Assembly (NCBI GenBank): GCA_026387265.1
Contig: JAPLLZ010000054.1
Coordinates: forward strand, 1-51,669
DNA: 51,669 nucleotides
Reading direction: 5' to 3'
From: Candidatus Omnitrophota bacterium
GTDB lineage: Bacteria > Omnitrophota > Gorgyraeia > Gygaellales > Profunditerraquicolaceae
This document shows positions 48,066 through 51,669 of this stretch, in pieces; within the stretch, counting starts at the first letter, position 1; every line of letters begins with the position of its first letter. The notes beneath the pieces were generated by a model that was not told the DNA's origin, searched no databases, and saw only the letters and a list, made by a program, of their open reading frames with translations. The translations under genes and the position numbers were made by a program.

Positions 48066-48947
48066 TCATAGCTGCTTAAACGTTAGCTCTTTTCTGGCTA
48101 TTTTCAATTCTTTGCCTGCGGGTATCCGATAGTGCCAAATCGGTTTATTTTCCATAAAAGAAACGCCTTTACCTTTTACGGTCATGGCCAATATCACCAA
48201 AGGTTTACCAAAAGTACGTATTCGTGCTTTACGGAAAGCGTAAAAAATGTCTTCACAAGAATGCCCGTTAACCAATTCAACTTCCCAGCCGAAAGATTCC
48301 CATTTGTCTTTTAAAGGTTCCAGGTCAAGAGAGTGTTTAAGAAAATCAGTTGCAGAAAGACGGTTGTAATCGATAATCGCAATTAAATTATGCAAATGGT
48401 GATGCCCGGCGAACATCGCCGCTTCCCAAACCGAACCTTCATGGCATTCACCATCACCCAGTAAAGCTACAGATAAATATTTTTTATTATCTATTTTTGC
48501 GGATAAAGCTATCCCGGCGGCTATTGATAACCCCTGCCCGAGTGAGCCGGTAAGAGCTTCAACTCCGGGTACGTGGCTCTCAGTCAATCCACCCAAGATG
48601 CTTCCATTTTGACTAAAAGTCATTAGTTTTGATGGCGGAAAGAATCCAAGATCTGCTAAAACCGGATATAAAGCCAGTGCGGCTTGACCTTTACTTAAGA
48701 TAAAACGGTCGCGGCCCGGCCAAGAATGATTTTTCGGGTTAAACTTCAAAAGACCAGAATAATAAAGGACAACCAGAATATCCGTACAGGAAAAGGATGA
48801 AGCTACGTGACCGGCTCCGGCGCGTACAGCCATCTTAAGGATTTTCGCCCTTACCCAGCTAGCTTTCCTGCGCAAACACATTATCTCTTTGGCAGTGAGC
48901 CTTTTATTAAAAGGTATTTTATTTTTTGCCATCAACCAGGTGTTCAC
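48066..48947 (-). CDS. Transketolase, N-terminal (TPP-binding) subunit
   Basis: GHVASSFS, RDRFILSKG, TGSLGQG, GDGECHEGSVWEA and KGKGVSFME. Confidence 0.92.
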   Translation of the reverse strand: MNTWLMAKNKIPFNKRLTAKEIMCLRRKASWVRAKILKMAVRAGAGHVASSFSCTDILVVLYYSGLLKFNPKNHSWPGRDRFILSKGQAALALYPVLADLGFFPPSKLMTFSQNGSILGGLTESHVPGVEALTGSLGQGLSIAAGIALSAKIDNKKYLSVALLGDGECHEGSVWEAAMFAGHHHLHNLIAIIDYNRLSATDFLKHSLDLEPLKDKWESFGWEVELVNGHSCEDIFYAFRKARIRTFGKPLVILAMTVKGKGVSFMENKPIWHYRIPAGKELKIARKELTFKQL

Positions 48948-50637
48948 TTTTATTTTTTTGCTTCCATTTCTGAATTATCCCAAGAATACCACAAGAACAA
49001 CCCAGCCACAAGAATATTCTCATATAAAGCTCGTGGCGGCCTCCAAAGTTATCAGTAAATACCGCCTGTAAAAGAGCATAGGTTACAACTATGCTCAATA
49101 GCGCAGCCAGCACAGCCAAACGCCAACCTGGCGACAATAAAAAGAAGGCCATTATCCAAAACACCCACATCAAGCGGTAGGCATTAGTTGAAGATAATGC
49201 CTTAGACATAAGGATCTTATCCCAATATCCCAATATTTTTAAAGCGGTTTTTGACCAATTTCTTTGCCCCCAGTAACCCAAAAAGAAATACGCATCCAGA
49301 TCCAGGCAATACCGGAATCTTTCAGTCATATGAGCATCTCCGCAATACAACCATTTAAGCTTACCCGACGGCTCCACCTTAACGCTTTGCATAAACGCAA
49401 ACTCCTTCGGAAAATCAGGAATAGCATATTTAAACCCAAACAGATTAAGGAATCTTGCTTTTAGAACCTGCCTTTCCCAAATTAAAGGAGATTTTATATC
49501 AGGCAGGAATCTTGTCCAATGATTATAATATCCCTGGTTCCGCAACATCCTTTCTTCATAAAATCCCCACATGTGCCCGGATTGCGTTTCATAAAAAAAT
49601 TCTTTATACCTAAGCTCCGGATTGCGGTATAAACCAAGCTGGCCGAGCATTCTCAATAAAGTATTGCGAAAAAACATGCCAGGATCTGAACGTATTGACT
49701 CTAAGCTGGCGCGTAAAAATAAATCATCTGCTTTTAAATAACCCAGGTCTTCCTGAGCTAAATTCAAGGTAAACATGTGCGCACGCAGCGGATCGACGCT
49801 CCTTACGCGGCTGGGCCATTCCGATAACATATATTCATATACTTTTTGCGATGCTGGCCCGTTATCTTTTGAAAACTGCTGGTCCTGGGCCCGCATCATT
49901 CTTGCAGATAATGCCCAACCGGTATGATGAGTAATTCCCCAATACCCGAAATTTTTATAATAAATAAAGCAAACAAGATTATATATAATTGTACAAGATA
50001 ACAAAAAGAACAAAACCGATTTAAAATTACGATGGCTCAAAATACCAAAAAATGCAAAAATTGGAATCAAGATCAAGGCTTCGGTCCGCGCCAGAGAGCA
50101 TAAAGAAGTCATTAATATTAAAAATACAAGTGAACGCCTGTCAGGATTCTGCACCCAGATTATAAAACGGTCTACGGTTAAAAGTAAAAGCGGCACAAAG
50201 ATAGTAAAGACAGAAATATGGTGAAAATTCACAGCAATAGATAGATTCGAAGCGGTTAATATCCCCACCACGAAACCAATCCCTTTATGAAATCTATAGC
50301 TTATCCGGTAAACCAACACTACCATAACTATTCCCAACAAATGAATTAAGCCGGCCAAAACATAAGGATGACCCTCAAAGATCAGATAGAGGATGTTTTT
50401 AACAACCGGGATAAGCGGTGGCCGGAAGAGAATCGGATACAAATCGAATATTCTCCCTGAAACTAATTGCAACCCGCATATATCATAGCCGTAACTATCC
50501 ACACCTGCATACCAGGTATAAGCCCAAAAGGTAACCAGGTGATTTATGACCGCTACGCATAAAATTAAAGGTAAAGCTAAATTTTCTATATGCTTATTCT
50601 TCATTTTTATATTTATTTGGTTATTCTTTCCGGTCAA
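48919..50637 (-). CDS. Membrane GT-C fold glycosyltransferase-like protein
   Basis: GVDSYGY, FRPPLIP, RTEALI; multiple TMs with a large loop; GRHEL near the C-terminus. Confidence 0.65.
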   Translation of the reverse strand: MTGKNNQINIKMKNKHIENLALPLILCVAVINHLVTFWAYTWYAGVDSYGYDICGLQLVSGRIFDLYPILFRPPLIPVVKNILYLIFEGHPYVLAGLIHLLGIVMVVLVYRISYRFHKGIGFVVGILTASNLSIAVNFHHISVFTIFVPLLLLTVDRFIIWVQNPDRRSLVFLILMTSLCSLARTEALILIPIFAFFGILSHRNFKSVLFFLLSCTIIYNLVCFIYYKNFGYWGITHHTGWALSARMMRAQDQQFSKDNGPASQKVYEYMLSEWPSRVRSVDPLRAHMFTLNLAQEDLGYLKADDLFLRASLESIRSDPGMFFRNTLLRMLGQLGLYRNPELRYKEFFYETQSGHMWGFYEERMLRNQGYYNHWTRFLPDIKSPLIWERQVLKARFLNLFGFKYAIPDFPKEFAFMQSVKVEPSGKLKWLYCGDAHMTERFRYCLDLDAYFFLGYWGQRNWSKTALKILGYWDKILMSKALSSTNAYRLMWVFWIMAFFLLSPGWRLAVLAALLSIVVTYALLQAVFTDNFGGRHELYMRIFLWLGCSCGILGIIQKWKQKNKSEHLVDGKK

Positions 50638-51669
50638 TTATCGAATAACTCTTTTAATATCACATTTGCAGCATTTTCTGCGATCAGCCGGTTACCTAAA
50701 GGAGTGCAATGGCCAAAATCCCCGGCAAAATTATCCACAAAATAATCTTCGTATTTTGCATTTTTTAAGGCATTTATAAATATTTTTTCATTATCCACAA
50801 AAATAATGCCTTCGGTTGATTCAAAGATTTTCTTCAGCGGTTCTGTGCTGCGTAAAGGATATTGCATACATACCATTTTTATTCCTCTTTGTTCGGCAAT
50901 CTCCTTTATTGTTTGATAGTTGTAACGTGTTGCGGGGCTATAATATCTTAGCCTGATCTCATTTGCCCGGCTGTAATACTTCTGCGCTTGCGGATATTTC
51001 TTTTGATCCATATAAGAAGTAGCGATAAGGCCGTATAGCCGGTCGCTACTTATATTTTCCTTAAGAATCTTTTTAGACAATTCCTCTATCTCTTTAAATC
51101 TGCCCTGATATCGATACGAACTCCCTAAACCGATATACGCCTCCATAATTCTAGGATTTAACTCTAATGCTTTCTTAAACATCATATCTGCTTCCGGATA
51201 TCTTGAAAGCTCTACATACAGATGCCCTAATTCCACATACAGCTGAGTATCATTGGGAACTGCATCTATTGCTTTCTTCAAGATTTCTTCGTGCTCTTGA
51301 TTTTTCTTTTGATCCCGGTAACAAGCCGCTAACCCCATATATGCGTTACTATTGCTCGGATTCAAAACCAAGGCTTTCTTGAACATCTCTTCGGCTTGCT
51401 GATAATCTTTTTCTTCCCGATAGCAGCGGCCCAGCTCGGCATAAGCGTTATCATCACGGGGGTTTATTTCTATTGCCCTCTTAATAATTATCTTTGCTTC
51501 TTGGTTTCTCCCCTGTTCTCGATAAGAGCGGCCTAAGCCGACATATGCGTTATCATTCTTAGGATTCAGCTGAAGGGCCTTCATAAACATCTCTTCGGCC
51601 TGCTGGTAATCTTTTTGATCCCGGTAACAACGGCCTAAGCCGACATATGCGCCATCATTTTCCGGATTC
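50634..51669 (-). CDS. TPR-repeat protein with a C-terminal SGNH/GDSL-like segment (5' end outside the window)
   Basis: The frame is open to the window edge (NPENDGAYVGLGRCY...); 34-aa TPRs; C-terminal MQYP...FVDN...DNFAGDFGHCT (DxxGH). Confidence 0.85.
   Translation of the reverse strand, partial: NPENDGAYVGLGRCYRDQKDYQQAEEMFMKALQLNPKNDNAYVGLGRSYREQGRNQEAKIIIKRAIEINPRDDNAYAELGRCYREEKDYQQAEEMFKKALVLNPSNSNAYMGLAACYRDQKKNQEHEEILKKAIDAVPNDTQLYVELGHLYVELSRYPEADMMFKKALELNPRIMEAYIGLGSSYRYQGRFKEIEELSKKILKENISSDRLYGLIATSYMDQKKYPQAQKYYSRANEIRLRYYSPATRYNYQTIKEIAEQRGIKMVCMQYPLRSTEPLKKIFESTEGIIFVDNEKIFINALKNAKYEDYFVDNFAGDFGHCTPLGNRLIAENAANVILKELFDN

Noticed and set aside
1-51669. Diversity-generating retroelement or alternative genetic code explaining the giant gene
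   Set aside because: No reverse transcriptase or TR/VR pair with A-specific mismatches was seen, and conserved genes translate cleanly with code 11.
50900-51669. DNA-level direct repeats near the right edge
   Set aside because: They are explained by ordinary 34-aa TPR coding repeats.

Overview
AT-rich bacterial window with almost all genes on the minus strand. Gene content (giant Ig-repeat protein, secretin/ExeA, TPR-rich and GT-C genes) suggests Candidatus Omnitrophota or a similar lineage; this is inference only. (1) 1-11.7 kb: a c-di-GMP-I riboswitch and terminator precede a translationally coupled operon. It encodes an unusual RAYT/HUH nuclease-TM-exported domain fusion, a small exported protein, and a giant secreted protein of more than 3,200 aa. 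The ORF track misses the giant protein because its frame runs off the left edge and it has a -1 frameshift about 75 codons in. (2) 11.8-21.5 kb: SurA-like/cyclophilin foldase, exported proteins (one paralogous to the RAYT C-terminal domain), TPR protein, secretin, GspC/PilP-like protein, ExeA ATPase, MerR-like regulator and a two-component pair. (3) 21.7-34.3 kb: patchwork of accessory genes ending at tRNA-Asn. (4) 34.5-41.8 kb: ABC-F, recR, dnaX, GIY-YIG, a recombinase-less 1,357-bp two-gene cassette sitting in the apex of a palindrome, tRNA-Ser(GCT), tadA and tRNA-Arg(ACG), with several REP-like hairpins. (5) 41.9-51.7 kb: surface-glycan modification cluster (radical SAMs, GT9, two GT-C proteins, split transketolase, TPR-SGNH). 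All family calls come from motif recognition; no database search was run.
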